DNA of 64,000 nt from a virus (lineage: Duplodnaviria; Caudoviricetes). Shown in pieces: positions 1 to 10,338 of the stretch. Every line of letters starts with the position of its first letter. Positions within the stretch are counted from its first letter, which is position 1. The translations under genes were made by a program, and so were the position numbers. The notes under the pieces were generated by a model, which was given only the letters and a program-made list of their open reading frames with translations, was not told the DNA's origin and ran no database searches. The stretch covers positions 1 to 64,000 of the IMG/VR virus record IMGVR_UViG_3300021400_001287. The stretch is one strand, 5' to 3'.

Positions 1-406
1 TCTGAGCGACGAAATTGCCAAAGTCTTCTAACCCCAGCCGGCGTCGCAACATATTTGCTACGACCGACGGCAGATGATATGCCGAACTGCTGGCAAGATC
101 AGTAGCCGCCCACTCAATGTCTTCGCTGACGCCCAGCTTGCGACATAAATTATGAAGCGTGCTAAACTGGATATCCAATTGATCTAACTCATACGTATCG
201 AGATAGTCGAGCGAAACGGGGAGACTCGACACAAACGTCACTTCGGTGTCTGTTTTGAACGCGGAGGCAATTTTGTCGTGGAAACCTTTTCCGGTCAGAA
301 CGAGCGTGTGCGATATCTTGGCTGTCTGGCACAGATAACAGATGCAGCAGTAAGCAATGGCGTCGTACTGGTTGCCGTCACTCAGAAACAGTATCTCTTT
401 TTTCAT
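1..406 (-). CDS. hypothetical protein (runs off the window edge)
   Basis: ATG at 406 overlapping the RuvC 3' end; frame open to position 1 (MKKEILFLSDGNQYDA...). Confidence 0.6.
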   Translation of the reverse strand, partial: MKKEILFLSDGNQYDAIAYCCICYLCQTAKISHTLVLTGKGFHDKIASAFKTDTEVTFVSSLPVSLDYLDTYELDQLDIQFSTLHNLCRKLGVSEDIEWAATDLASSSAYHLPSVVANMLRRRLGLEDFGNFVAQ

Positions 407-935
407 CCAAATAGCCCTCTCTAAGCAAAAAAGCTATACCAACAGCGACCGCGTCGGATTCGTCATCCGTCTCGTAGACTTGGTCGCCAACATACGGTCG
501 CAAACATCGAGCCACATGTGGCTTGGTCGCGTTACCTTTGCCGGTGACGATGCGTTTGACTGTGGACGGGGCGAGTTCATACCAACCGGTATGTTTTACT
601 TGCCAGAGCGCAACATCAGCAACACCACCGACACGAAGCAGACGATCCGTGTCCGCGATATGCGAGATGACCGCTTTCTCGCGGACAAAGACCGTTGCGT
701 CTACGGGAGCCAGCAAATCAGTAAGCTGGTCGAAGAAGATAGCCAAGCCATGCCCCAGCACTTTCAACGTTCCGATGGGCAGGTTCAGCTTCTTGAGAAT
801 GGATACTTCGCGCTTGGTTGCGTCATAATGGAGCACAGCCAAACCGGAGCAATGATAGGAAAAGTCGCCGACCTACATGTTAAAATCCCCGTCGACGTGA
901 GGAATGGGTTTTTCACGACGTCGTTTCTTAGCCAT
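378..935 (-). CDS. ruvC: RuvC-like Holliday junction resolvase (in-frame TAG at codon 21, 873-875)
   Basis: GAGGTG RBS + ATG 935; FNM*VGDFSYHCSGLAV supplies the first catalytic strand missing from the track ORF; later motifs VREKA, PSTVKRIVTGKGNATK, DESDAVAVG. Confidence 0.85.
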
Positions 936-944
936 ATTGCCACC

Positions 945-1538
945 TCAAATGCAATGCTTGAAGACGTATTCGCTCCAGGATTCAAGTTTGCCAGCACGAT
1001 AGAGCTTCGCCAGTTCGTTCGACGTCATCCATTCGCCCGTCAGCTTCTCCGTCTCTTTAACTTGTACCGCATCGGCACCGTTGACTTCGATCAGATATAC
1101 GATACCGAGATGCACCGAATTGACGGGGGAGGACTCGTCTAAGATGTAGCCTTCACGGCTGATGGTCATCATGTTGTCCGGCGTGACGCCGACTTCTTCT
1201 TCGAGCTCACGGAACAACGTCGCTGTGATGCTCTCACCAGGGGCCATGTGTCCTCCAGTGCCGATGGAATACTTGCCCGTGAGACGGGAGTCGCCGGCCA
1301 AACGGTGGGTCACAAACACGTCCAAACCGCAGGTCAGTACGGCATACACAATGGGCTGCTTGTAGCTCGGATCGTTTTCGACCTCCCAGCGGTACTTAGC
1401 TTCGCCCTTCTTTGTGCAAAAGTCGATCTCGTCATCGTAAAAGAAATTGGCGACATCCGGGTCGTGGGTGACCGTATCAGACGGGATGACCCAGACCACC
1501 TCGTCACCGTATTTGGCTTTGAGTTCTTCAGTTGTCAT
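945..1538 (-). CDS. NUDIX hydrolase
   Basis: GGHMAPGESITATLFRELEEEVG Nudix box. Confidence 0.9.
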   Translation of the reverse strand: MTTEELKAKYGDEVVWVIPSDTVTHDPDVANFFYDDEIDFCTKKGEAKYRWEVENDPSYKQPIVYAVLTCGLDVFVTHRLAGDSRLTGKYSIGTGGHMAPGESITATLFRELEEEVGVTPDNMMTISREGYILDESSPVNSVHLGIVYLIEVNGADAVQVKETEKLTGEWMTSNELAKLYRAGKLESWSEYVFKHCI

Positions 1539-1560
1539 GTGCAACCTCCAATTTTCTCTT

Positions 1561-1600
1561 CTACTATACTCATATGGACATTTCAGAAAAATTGAGAGTG
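1561..1600 (-). promoter_or_regulatory. conserved 40-bp phage promoter motif, copy 1
   Basis: CACTCTCAA-N12-GTCCRTATGAGTATARTAG, identical spacing to copies at 22261 and 39109; just upstream of an RBS. Confidence 0.75.
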
Positions 1601-2206
1601 GTTCAAGAAATTTTTTTTCGACAAAAGTAGATGTGTGGCCATTGCACCAATGATATTGCCGAACGCAACGATGATAATGTGGCCAAGGTGGAACTGCCCG
1701 GCTGCGCAGAAGTAAAACATATCAGCAACGCAATGCTCGAATCCGCAGAGAATAAACGCGGGGATAGCGAGCAATATGCCAAGCGGCGATCCGTCTTGAC
1801 GATACTTCCACACGGCAAAGTGAACGAGCACGCCACACAAAAGTCCAGACACATACGTTTGCACCGCAGATTGGGCCATCCGCGTTTGTACGATGGAGAC
1901 AGTAGCTTCGATAATATGTGGCGAAGCTAACCGAATCAACACAGCGCACCCCGCTGCGCCGATATAATTGCCAACGAACATGATCAGCAAACTGCCAACG
2001 TAAGATACGTTCATCTCGTCGGCTAAATACCCCGCCTTACCCGTCACCAAGTTCATGCCACTACAGCAGATGGCGTACAGACCGACACAAAACAGAAATG
2101 CGCCCAGGAAATTATTGCCACACAAACAAGAAGAGCCCCCGCCGATGCCAATAAAGACACCAGCGGGGATAGAATAAAGGAACGTAGAACTGAAAGACTT
2201 TTTCAT
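1583..2206 (-). CDS. formate/nitrite transporter (FNT/FocA family)
   Basis: AGVFIGIGG, NLVTG, CGVLVH, FILCGFEHCVADMFY, GNIIG motifs; multiple hydrophobic helices. Confidence 0.85.
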   Translation of the reverse strand: MKKSFSSTFLYSIPAGVFIGIGGGSSCLCGNNFLGAFLFCVGLYAICCSGMNLVTGKAGYLADEMNVSYVGSLLIMFVGNYIGAAGCAVLIRLASPHIIEATVSIVQTRMAQSAVQTYVSGLLCGVLVHFAVWKYRQDGSPLGILLAIPAFILCGFEHCVADMFYFCAAGQFHLGHIIIVAFGNIIGAMATHLLLSKKNFLNHSQFF

Positions 2207-2721
2207 GCAACCTCCAACTCGACTATATGCCCGGTCACAATAGTTGCGGGGACATCGATGATGCGCTGATTTCGACTGCCGCAAAACGGCAACGTAATGT
2301 CACGTTCAGCAAGAATGAATGGACCGTCAACGAGAACGCTGCATAGATTAAGAACATACCTTGCGTCTTTCATGTTGGGCAGCTCTTCAAAATGATATCC
2401 AGTGTAAATCCACAGACTCTTTTCTGGGAACTTCGACACAAACCAGTCGGCGATCCTGGCAGTTGCGTCAGGCGAGTCGAATGGTTCACCTCCAGAAATA
2501 GTCAAACGACGGATATTCGGATCGGAGCAACGCTCTTCGAGTTGCTTCATAATTGCCGAGTCGAAAAGTTGCCCGCCATTCGGGTCCCATGTTGACGGAT
2601 TATGGCAACCTTTGCAATGATGGCTACAGCCTTGGAGGAACAGAGTCACTCCAAAGCCGAGCCCATTGCACACTTCGCATGGATCGATACCAGCGACGCG
2701 AAAATGGTTATCCATTCGCAT
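2203..2721 (-). CDS. nrdG: anaerobic ribonucleotide reductase activase (radical SAM)
   Basis: QGCSHHCKGCHN, ISGGEP, WIYTGY, GSRNQR; adjacent to nrdD. Confidence 0.95.
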   Translation of the reverse strand: MRMDNHFRVAGIDPCEVCNGLGFGVTLFLQGCSHHCKGCHNPSTWDPNGGQLFDSAIMKQLEERCSDPNIRRLTISGGEPFDSPDATARIADWFVSKFPEKSLWIYTGYHFEELPNMKDARYVLNLCSVLVDGPFILAERDITLPFCGSRNQRIIDVPATIVTGHIVELEVA

Positions 2722-3688
2722 GTCGAACCCTCATTTCTACCTCTTGCTGTTTACCTTCATTGAATGCCGCCAAGTAATCTCCGGACAAGTAGCCCGTTAC
2801 GCGACGCAGACGCTTGATGTCTTTGCTGCCACACATCGGGCAAGTATCGTTGATCTCGTCCGTGTATCCGCAATTCATACACATGTCGTTCGGGACGTTG
2901 ATGGCAAAGTACGGGATATCATGATCCATTGCGTACAACACCAGTTGTTCCAGCGCGTCAATATTGTGTTTGACTGTGGAGCCAAGCTCGACGTATGTGA
3001 TGCAACCAGCATTGGAGTAGCCAGTCAACTGGGATTCAATATCGATCTTCTTAAATGGATCGACTTTCTCCCAGACAGGAACGTGCATCGAGTTGGTGAA
3101 GTACTTCTTGTCGGACACGTTGGGAATTTCGCCATACTTGGCTTTGAATTTATTCATCGCCGTAAAACACAGGTTTTCTGAAGGCGTGAAGTACACCCCA
3201 AAATTCAACTTGTACTCATTCTTAAACTCTGCACACCGTGTCTTATAGAGTTGTTCGATCCGTTTTGCCAACTCCATGCCTTTGTCGGTCGTATGGTTAC
3301 ACCCGATCAGAATTTGTAACGCTTCAGCCAGACCGAGCTGCCCGATAGCCAATGTACCATGTCTCATTGCCGATTCAACAGTCTCGCCATCATAACCAGC
3401 CATAACGTTGTTTTCATACATGAACTTTGCACTGTCGGGAGACTGAGCGCAAATGTAATGATACCTCTCGATCAACATATCTTTGGCTTCGTGGATTTTT
3501 TGATCGAGTAACTTCATGAAACAGTCAACGATGGTTCCTTCGTCGTGAGCGGTGTCGACGCAACTCAGAATCTCTTCTTTCACTTCCATCGCCAACGTGG
3601 GCAAGATGATCGTAACGGGGCAGATATTGCCGCGCCCATCTTTAAGCTGGCCAAAACCGTTGATATCGAATCCATTGGACGTTCTACA
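2708..3688 (-). CDS. nrdD: class III ribonucleotide reductase, exon 2
   Basis: begins CRTSNG; TPSENLC, YFTNSMH, CxxC..CxxC and RRVTGYL glycyl-radical motif. Confidence 0.95.
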   Translation of the reverse strand, partial: CRTSNGFDINGFGQLKDGRGNICPVTIILPTLAMEVKEEILSCVDTAHDEGTIVDCFMKLLDQKIHEAKDMLIERYHYICAQSPDSAKFMYENNVMAGYDGETVESAMRHGTLAIGQLGLAEALQILIGCNHTTDKGMELAKRIEQLYKTRCAEFKNEYKLNFGVYFTPSENLCFTAMNKFKAKYGEIPNVSDKKYFTNSMHVPVWEKVDPFKKIDIESQLTGYSNAGCITYVELGSTVKHNIDALEQLVLYAMDHDIPYFAINVPNDMCMNCGYTDEINDTCPMCGSKDIKRLRRVTGYLSGDYLAAFNEGKQQEVEMRVRHANG

Positions 3689-4523
3689 CATATTATCCAC
3701 CGTCGCCGGTGGTACTGACTATATCATCCACAAATAATGTGGCCTTCCGCTTCGGGCGGGTGCCTATCTCCCGTCCTACTCCCGTACATTCATCCGGGAT
3801 AGTCGATACACTTTTCAATCAGATGGTTTTGTCCTAAAGAATGAGTCGTCTTGGTACACTATATCCCATTGCCCCAGATATAGCCCCCGCGTTTGATGCA
3901 ATACCCTAGTCGTAATGAATCGATGATGTTTTTCACCAAAGTGCGCCCTGCATGCTTCAACTGTATCGAAAAATAATACTTCGCCGGTGTCTACGTTTCT
4001 GCATTTTACAGATTTGGCACGTGGGTTTCGTGCTCCAAGTTTACTTTGGCTTATCTTTCTGGAAATTACTTCCATCTCATCATCTGTTTTGGATTGATAC
4101 GTGTTGCCTCCACACTTCGATAACGCATCTGTTTCATTGTAACCATTAGCAACGCTGTCGTAAGCACGTATCCAGTATTGCTCTTTCATATTCAGCTCAT
4201 CTTGAGTAGAAGCCGTATCAATGCACTCTATGCGAAACGCATTTCTGCCATACTTTCGTATTGCTCTCGCAAAATGGGTGTTCAATTTGCCATTCTACGC
4301 ATCACAAAGGTGACGCTTAAAGCGGTCTTCTATGGGGCGAATAGATTGACCGATGTAAACTTTATCGTTTACGTTGTTCGTAATTTTGTACACAAACATA
4401 AGTTACCTCATCTGATTGACTTAGCACGGTCTCAACTCAAAGAGTCCTAACCGTTAGCCCACAATAAGTGGACACCTCCGGGCGGAGTTCAAAAGGTTTT
4501 ACATGGGCTGTAGTGTTGCGCTT
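3689..4523 (-). mobile_element. group I self-splicing intron in nrdD (835 nt)
   Basis: exon 1 ends ATGGGU, pairing with intron GCCCAT (P1, U.G); intron CTACA pairs with exon 2 TGTAG (P10); intron ends in G (3689); splicing restores TMG|CRT. Confidence 0.92.
3815..4399 (-). CDS. intron-encoded GIY-YIG homing endonuclease (in-frame TAG at codon 35, 4295-4297)
   Basis: MFVYKITNNVNDKVYIGQS..RFKRHLCDA*NGKLNTHFARAIRKYG..E..WI..GYN; GAGG RBS. Confidence 0.9.
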
Positions 4524-5756
4524 ACCCATTGTACTGAACATTGTACGCTTATCGTTCGGGTCGTACCCAGCATTGCCAGACCAGTCTACATTGGCGTAGT
4601 TCGGATAAAGACGACGAGCTGTAGACTTGAGCGCTAAGCGGAACAAGTCATAGTTAGGATCTCCGGGCTTCTGGTTGACACCTTTCTGACATTGGAAGAT
4701 ACCGCAAGGGAAGATAGGAGTACGATGCAATTTACCGATGCCATCAACGGAAACGTCGAGCAAAGCCTTCGTAATCATGCGGCCTTCGGGCAACGTACAA
4801 GTGCCATAATTAATGGAAGTAAACGGGAGCTGACAACCGGAGCGCGATTGCAATGTATTTAAGTTGTGGTACATGCCTTCAACCGCTTGATGAATCTCTT
4901 TTTCGGTCATATCCATGGCATATTGCCATGCGCGGGGGGCCCAATACGTGTTGCGGTCATCGATGGGCGTTGCGGGGTTCGGATACGGGACATTATCTTC
5001 GGGCACATAAGTATCGTCGATATACTTCATACCGTCAACATAATGCTTGTAGAAACTCTTGCGGACGTAAGGGACCATCGTCCAGTCAAGATGTGTCGCG
5101 CTGACCCCTCCGAACTGTTGCAACGACTGCAACTGGAAGATAACGGCGACCAACTGGAATGCCGTGTTGACCGAGTTAGCGGGACGTACGTCAGTCTGGC
5201 GTGTGTTGAATCCGTTGGCAAGCAAGTCATCAAACGGAATACTGAGGCAGTTGTGGTCACCAATCGCGTAATGGTCGAGATCGTGGATGTATATCTCGTT
5301 GTTCAGATGATTGTTTCTGGACATCTCCGACATACATTCATCCAGCGCGTACTGCTTCATCACTTCACTGCTGACAGCACCAATACGTCCACCGAACGAC
5401 TTTTCATCCACATTCGCATTCTGGTTCTCCACGTTATTGGCAAGCAGTTTTTCACGCACACGCCGCATCAACTCAGTCTTGCTATTACGAATTCGACTGC
5501 GGTCGTTTCTATATATAATGTACTCTTTGGCCGTAGGTTTCAGCGACGTCTTCATGAGCTTCAGTTCGACCATGTTCTGAATCTGCTCGACGTCCAAGAT
5601 ATCGCCGGGAGAGTTCTCAATTTCGTCGGCAATACGTTCAACCGTATCCGGTTCATCCTGACCAGCCCGTTTCATTGCGGGTGTGATGGCATCGATAATT
5701 TTCTTTCGGCTGAACGGCTCGATGCGACCGTCCCGCTTTCTGATACGGGTTACCAT
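4524..5756 (-). CDS. nrdD: class III ribonucleotide reductase, exon 1
   Basis: ATP cone (IRKRDGR, VEQIQNMVE), IYIHDLD, HNCL, QFGGVS, NLNTLQSRSG, YPNY. Confidence 0.95.
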
Positions 5757-5757
5757 T

Positions 5758-6252
5758 TTACGTCACTCTCCATAAATATTCTTCTACCAACTGCTCGGCC
5801 AAGTTCATGTACTCCTCAATGCGAATCTCTGGATCTGCAATAGCTTTCCATATCGTGACCAGCAGCTCTCTGTACTGTCCAACGTCCTCCGGGGCAACGA
5901 CCATCTCCAGGTTCTTTTCTTCCAAAGTCTGAAGGTACAGCACCGTCGACTCCACGTTCTCGTCCATCTCAAGACGCTCGGCATCCGGCAACTCGGGAAT
6001 ATCACAGTCGATCTCGGCACACAACATGCACAGATAGGTGACCGCGTCCCCGATCGTGTCGAGCACCGACTCATCTTTTACCATTTGCTCTCCCGACAGC
6101 AACGTCTTGAGCCGGGAGAGTTTGTCGGAGATGCGGATGACAAGCGCGACTTCGCCGAACTCCACATACGTGCGGTGAGCCGAATTACCATAGTCATTGT
6201 TCTTCGCTTCGTACACAGCAATGAGTTTTTCGATCAAATTACGTCTCGTCAT
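5758..6252 (-). CDS. DUF1599 / nucleotide-modification-associated domain protein
   Basis: KNNDYGNS, IRISDKLSRLKTL, DESVLDTIGD. Confidence 0.7.
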   Translation of the reverse strand: MTRRNLIEKLIAVYEAKNNDYGNSAHRTYVEFGEVALVIRISDKLSRLKTLLSGEQMVKDESVLDTIGDAVTYLCMLCAEIDCDIPELPDAERLEMDENVESTVLYLQTLEEKNLEMVVAPEDVGQYRELLVTIWKAIADPEIRIEEYMNLAEQLVEEYLWRVT

Positions 6253-8473
6253 CGTCTTCAACTCCTTCAAACTGCGGATACTCTTTGTAGAACATTTGTC
6301 TCAACGAGATGATATCTGTCTTGATGTCGTCTCTCTTGTACAGCGTCTTCACGAACGCGTAGAAGTAGTTCTCCATGGGCGTCGTCAGAATGCTGGGCTG
6401 GCGGAGGTAGCCCGTCTTCAGCACTGTGGTCGCCACAAACCGGAGCTTTTTCCATTCGTTATAGAAAGCCGTCTTTTGCTTGAGCATCCGCCCGTTAGCA
6501 TCCCGGAAAACAACACCTTCGATCGAGTCCGTGTCGATGTTCTCGATGTCTTCTACCACGGCTTTGAAACCAGCCATCGTGTACGCTTTCGACGGCACGT
6601 ACTTGCCTTTGATCGAGCAATTGAGCTGTGTCGCCAGCTCTGCCAACTCGTCATACGGCATAAATTCGGGATCGAGCGTATTAGTGACGGCGTCGAGCAA
6701 CACGATATCGTCGTGATAATACGTGATGATGTGCGGATCGTTGACCGGGTCGATGACTTCAAAGAGTAACGTGACGTCGTGGTCGATGAGATAATCTTCC
6801 ATACGTTGACGCTGCCAGTCGGGTATCTTGGCACGGAAGAGGTCGGCCATAGGGCCATCGGGAGACGACTTGGTCGTAGTGAACAACTGGCCGGTGGCGT
6901 GGTCATACGAGACCATGCCCAGGAAACCGTTGGACTTTATATATATATCAACCGGGAAGGCAATTTTGTGTTCCAAAGACACAATTTTTGTCTCTTCTCT
7001 CTCGCCAATGGCAAAGAATTTATCGTATCCACGGGCAACGATCTTGTTGTTGACCGTGTCGATGAACAGTCCTCTGGCTTTGGTCGTGAGGTCGTCCCAC
7101 TTCTTATCGGAGAACGCTTTGCGAGTGAAATTGAACGACGAAATATGACCGAACTGCTTCTCCTGGATGAGCTTGGACTCGCGCATCTTGCCCACCAGAT
7201 CGTGGATCAACACGTTTTCATCAGACGGGACGGTGTCGACCTGCGGCTGATCGGGGAGAGGGTTCTCAAAACGACCAATATTCAACTGAAACCCCGGATC
7301 GACAAGAGAGAATATAGGATCGTTATACCACAACGTTGCCGTACGAAGTTCACCACCGCGTTCAACGCCACCTTCAAGACAGACACTTGCGACACCCATT
7401 TGGGTACGCATTTCACCCGTTCCGTTGCGATGCCCAAATACTTGATAAGCGAACTCCGTCATGTTATCGAAGCTCTTGGCACACGTCTCAACGTCTTCGT
7501 ACCGACCGACACCGTATATCATCTGGGAAGACGCAACGAAATCCAGACGACCGAGCAACGAGAAGTCAGAGAGACCAGCATGAGTGCAAAGAACATGGCG
7601 ACCGTGGAACGTGTACCACGAACACTGGCGCATGCGCCGATACAACTCGCGTACATCCTTCTTCTGGGTACCGGCTCGCTCCAGCTGCGGACGGGTCTTA
7701 TACTCGAACTCCTTCGACCGGGACACTTTATCGTTTGCCCACGCCCAGAGATGGCGCTCATGGTTGCCCTCCAGCAAGCAGACATTCGGCTTCTTATAAA
7801 TGGAGAGCAAGAACTCGATGACCTTGGCCGAGTCGGGTCCACGGTCGCAATAGTCTCCGAGGAAGATGTAGCCGGTGTCGTCTTCGATACCATTCGGCAA
7901 CGCTTCCATGAGTTTGTCATAGCACCCGTGGATGTCGCCGATGTGGACGATCCGCTTGTATGGCGACATGTCGAAGGGCGTGGTATACACCGTGTCTTCA
8001 AACTCTTCCGGCGCAACACGGGTGACGCCGGAGGGAATTGGCTGTGTCTCGAAACGGGAATACACACGTTCGATGTATTCATCCGGCACCCATTTGAGCG
8101 GTTCACGCAGTTTGTTCCGCCGCTTTGCTTCATCCATCGGAATACCGGTGAAGTCAACGCAGTAGATGCGGTAACGATACTGGTGAGCCAGGTCACGGTA
8201 GCGCGTCATCTCGGCCGTCTTGGAATTGCACGCGTCAATGACAGTGAAGTCGCCGCGCTCCATCCGGTTTTCAAGGATCTGGAACAGTGTCGCCCACACG
8301 GCTTTGTCGTTATTCTGGGGGATGGCAATGGATCCGTCCGGTTGCAATATCGGAGATGCGTACATCTTGCGCAATTCATCCGCGCTGATGGCGTAGTTCT
8401 GAAGCCCATGCTCTTTGATCCAAGTGGACTTGCCACATCCGGGAGCGCCACGAAGCAAAACAAGCGTTCTCAT
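6239..8473 (-). CDS. polynucleotide kinase / metallophosphoesterase / RNA ligase fusion (RNA repair)
   Basis: GAPGCGKS P-loop; GDIHG, GDYCDRG, GNHE phosphoesterase motifs; KSNG, FE, EGVV Rnl1-like ligase motifs. Confidence 0.85.
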   Translation of the reverse strand: MRTLVLLRGAPGCGKSTWIKEHGLQNYAISADELRKMYASPILQPDGSIAIPQNNDKAVWATLFQILENRMERGDFTVIDACNSKTAEMTRYRDLAHQYRYRIYCVDFTGIPMDEAKRRNKLREPLKWVPDEYIERVYSRFETQPIPSGVTRVAPEEFEDTVYTTPFDMSPYKRIVHIGDIHGCYDKLMEALPNGIEDDTGYIFLGDYCDRGPDSAKVIEFLLSIYKKPNVCLLEGNHERHLWAWANDKVSRSKEFEYKTRPQLERAGTQKKDVRELYRRMRQCSWYTFHGRHVLCTHAGLSDFSLLGRLDFVASSQMIYGVGRYEDVETCAKSFDNMTEFAYQVFGHRNGTGEMRTQMGVASVCLEGGVERGGELRTATLWYNDPIFSLVDPGFQLNIGRFENPLPDQPQVDTVPSDENVLIHDLVGKMRESKLIQEKQFGHISSFNFTRKAFSDKKWDDLTTKARGLFIDTVNNKIVARGYDKFFAIGEREETKIVSLEHKIAFPVDIYIKSNGFLGMVSYDHATGQLFTTTKSSPDGPMADLFRAKIPDWQRQRMEDYLIDHDVTLLFEVIDPVNDPHIITYYHDDIVLLDAVTNTLDPEFMPYDELAELATQLNCSIKGKYVPSKAYTMAGFKAVVEDIENIDTDSIEGVVFRDANGRMLKQKTAFYNEWKKLRFVATTVLKTGYLRQPSILTTPMENYFYAFVKTLYKRDDIKTDIISLRQMFYKEYPQFEGVEDDDET

Positions 8474-8767
8474 TTAAGCCTCCATCATATCAAGATCGAC
8501 ACGTTCTATGACAGCACGAAGTTCGAGACAGTGCAGATATTCGCCCATGGCGTGTTGCTGTTTGCGGAGCAACGACAACGGACAGTCATGGGGCGGCTCC
8601 AGCACCGGGTCGCCTATCATCGTCGCGGCTTCAATTTCATCACACAGCGCTTTCAGCTTTTCGTACCGGATCTTCGTCTGCGCGTATTCAGCGAAGAAAC
8701 GGGTCTTGTAGTTTTCATTACTCATCAGAGGAGCAGTGTTCGCGAGAGTCATCATCATTTCAGTCAC
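8474..8767 (-). CDS. conserved phage hypothetical protein
   Basis: ORF in operon; RFFAEYAQTKIRYEKL..CPLSLLRKQQHAM. Confidence 0.7.
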   Translation of the reverse strand: MTEMMMTLANTAPLMSNENYKTRFFAEYAQTKIRYEKLKALCDEIEAATMIGDPVLEPPHDCPLSLLRKQQHAMGEYLHCLELRAVIERVDLDMMEA

Positions 8768-9125
8768 CTCTTAAATAAGTCGGTTTGCACATCGGAGAGA
8801 CGTCATATTTTTCAACGGCTAAGTCGATCCCTTTACGGATTGTGTCAACGCCACGCGTTTCTATTGCTGTAAGCGCGTTCTTTATTGCTTCCTTGCGCGT
8901 ATGGCCACGACCAAAGGAAAGTCCCGTCCGCTCTTCGACGACGTACCACCAATAGCTATCGCGCTCATACGCTTCATTACTCTTGTAAACGTAAAGCGTG
9001 AGTCCGAAGTTGTTCTTCACTCTGGTGCCCTGCCGGGGGTAGAAACCCATTGTGCCATTGTCATTGGCGAAAGCATAGAAACGATCCATACAAACGCTCA
9101 CTTTCTGAAGTCGTCCGGATTCCAT
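8760..9125 (-). CDS. hypothetical protein
   Basis: ORF in operon with overlapping ends. Confidence 0.55.
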   Translation of the reverse strand: MESGRLQKVSVCMDRFYAFANDNGTMGFYPRQGTRVKNNFGLTLYVYKSNEAYERDSYWWYVVEERTGLSFGRGHTRKEAIKNALTAIETRGVDTIRKGIDLAVEKYDVSPMCKPTYLRGD

Positions 9126-10000
9126 CCAAGTTGCTCACAGAAAAGCTCCATCAGTCGACGAATATCGGGATGCGCGGCTTTGGAGAGACGAAGCGGCAAC
9201 ACCAACTTCTTCCACTGTTCGATTGTGCCCGTGGCGACGACTTCGGTTTTCAGCATATTCGGGAGTACGCAACGGGCTTTCTGGGGGGAAGCGCCAGACG
9301 CGATGAGAGAGCAATACGCGTCTTCGGCGGCCTGGCAACTCGCCCGGATGAACTGTGTGTCGGACATCTCTTGCTCCGGCCACCACCACGGCTCGACGAA
9401 TGTCAGCCCATCTTTGTAATTTATATATCTTGTGCTCTCCTGCGAAAAAGACAAACACCGATGACGCACCAGTTCATGGGAAACACCACGGTCACAGATG
9501 AAACGGGCGGTGATGATGTTGAGCTTGGGATCGGAAATCTGATCGCCATGATAAATGTGGCAATCTAGATTCTCTTCCACATCGACAGATTGCAAATGAA
9601 TATCCTCAAATGCCGGGTGGCCATAGAATATATGGCGAATAATTGTGGGGTCTGGAAAGTGTTTTACCAACGAACGCCAAGCTCTAAGATTGCCGCCGCA
9701 AATGCGCATATAAGGATAAGAAGTAGATGTGCGGATATAATGCGGAAGACCGGTATCTACGGTGTATTGATGGAGAATATTAGCAAATGCGTCATATTCA
9801 TACGCACCAAAGCTGACTAAAATATTACTATGTTCCAGCGGAGACTCATGACCACGTTTGATCAGCGCTTTGACCATCTTTTCTGCGGAGTCGTCCGAAA
9901 TTTTGGACTCACTCTTGTAACAGCAGCGAGCCCCAATTTCGATCCGCTTGAACAAATCCGGCTCGGTGATGATCTCGACACTCGGCTTAATGAACTTCAT
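9098..10000 (-). CDS. thyX: flavin-dependent thymidylate synthase
   Basis: HESPLEH, ELVRHRCLSFSQESTRY, LRLSKAAHPDIR. Confidence 0.95.
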   Translation of the reverse strand: MKFIKPSVEIITEPDLFKRIEIGARCCYKSESKISDDSAEKMVKALIKRGHESPLEHSNILVSFGAYEYDAFANILHQYTVDTGLPHYIRTSTSYPYMRICGGNLRAWRSLVKHFPDPTIIRHIFYGHPAFEDIHLQSVDVEENLDCHIYHGDQISDPKLNIITARFICDRGVSHELVRHRCLSFSQESTRYINYKDGLTFVEPWWWPEQEMSDTQFIRASCQAAEDAYCSLIASGASPQKARCVLPNMLKTEVVATGTIEQWKKLVLPLRLSKAAHPDIRRLMELFCEQLGWNPDDFRK

Positions 10001-10335
10001 TCGTCAGCGTCCTCCTCTTCGTCAATGTCATCGTCATATTCATCTTCATCATCGTCGATCGGCGGCACCATAGATGTGAAGTCGTCAGTGGATCGGATGA
10101 GACGCGCCAGAATGGTCTTCGGAGAGAACGCGCAGCCGATCAGTTTGCCATCATCCATGAGTATAAGCGACTTGATTGGACGCCGGTGTGTCGCATCCAG
10201 CCAGCGTCCGTCTCGCTTGGCCTCCTGGATCATCCGTTTGCCTTGGTTCGTGGTCGGTGTCAATATCATATACACTTTGTTTGCGCAAACGGAATGACCA
10301 AATCCGATGGCGCAAAAGTGAAGCTGTACGTGCAT
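9997..10335 (-). CDS. remA: RemA/DUF370-like regulator with acidic tail
   Basis: IGFGHSVCANK..KRMIQEAKRDGRWLDAT.RR..S.ILMD..SPKTILARL resembles Firmicute RemA. Confidence 0.75.
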   Translation of the reverse strand: MHVQLHFCAIGFGHSVCANKVYMILTPTTNQGKRMIQEAKRDGRWLDATHRRPIKSLILMDDGKLIGCAFSPKTILARLIRSTDDFTSMVPPIDDDEDEYDDDIDEEEDADE

Positions 10336-10338
10336 GGG

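Noticed and set aside
4437-4523. C-terminal KRNTTAHV... of track ORF 4437-5756
   Set aside because: Read-in to the intron, not NrdD sequence.
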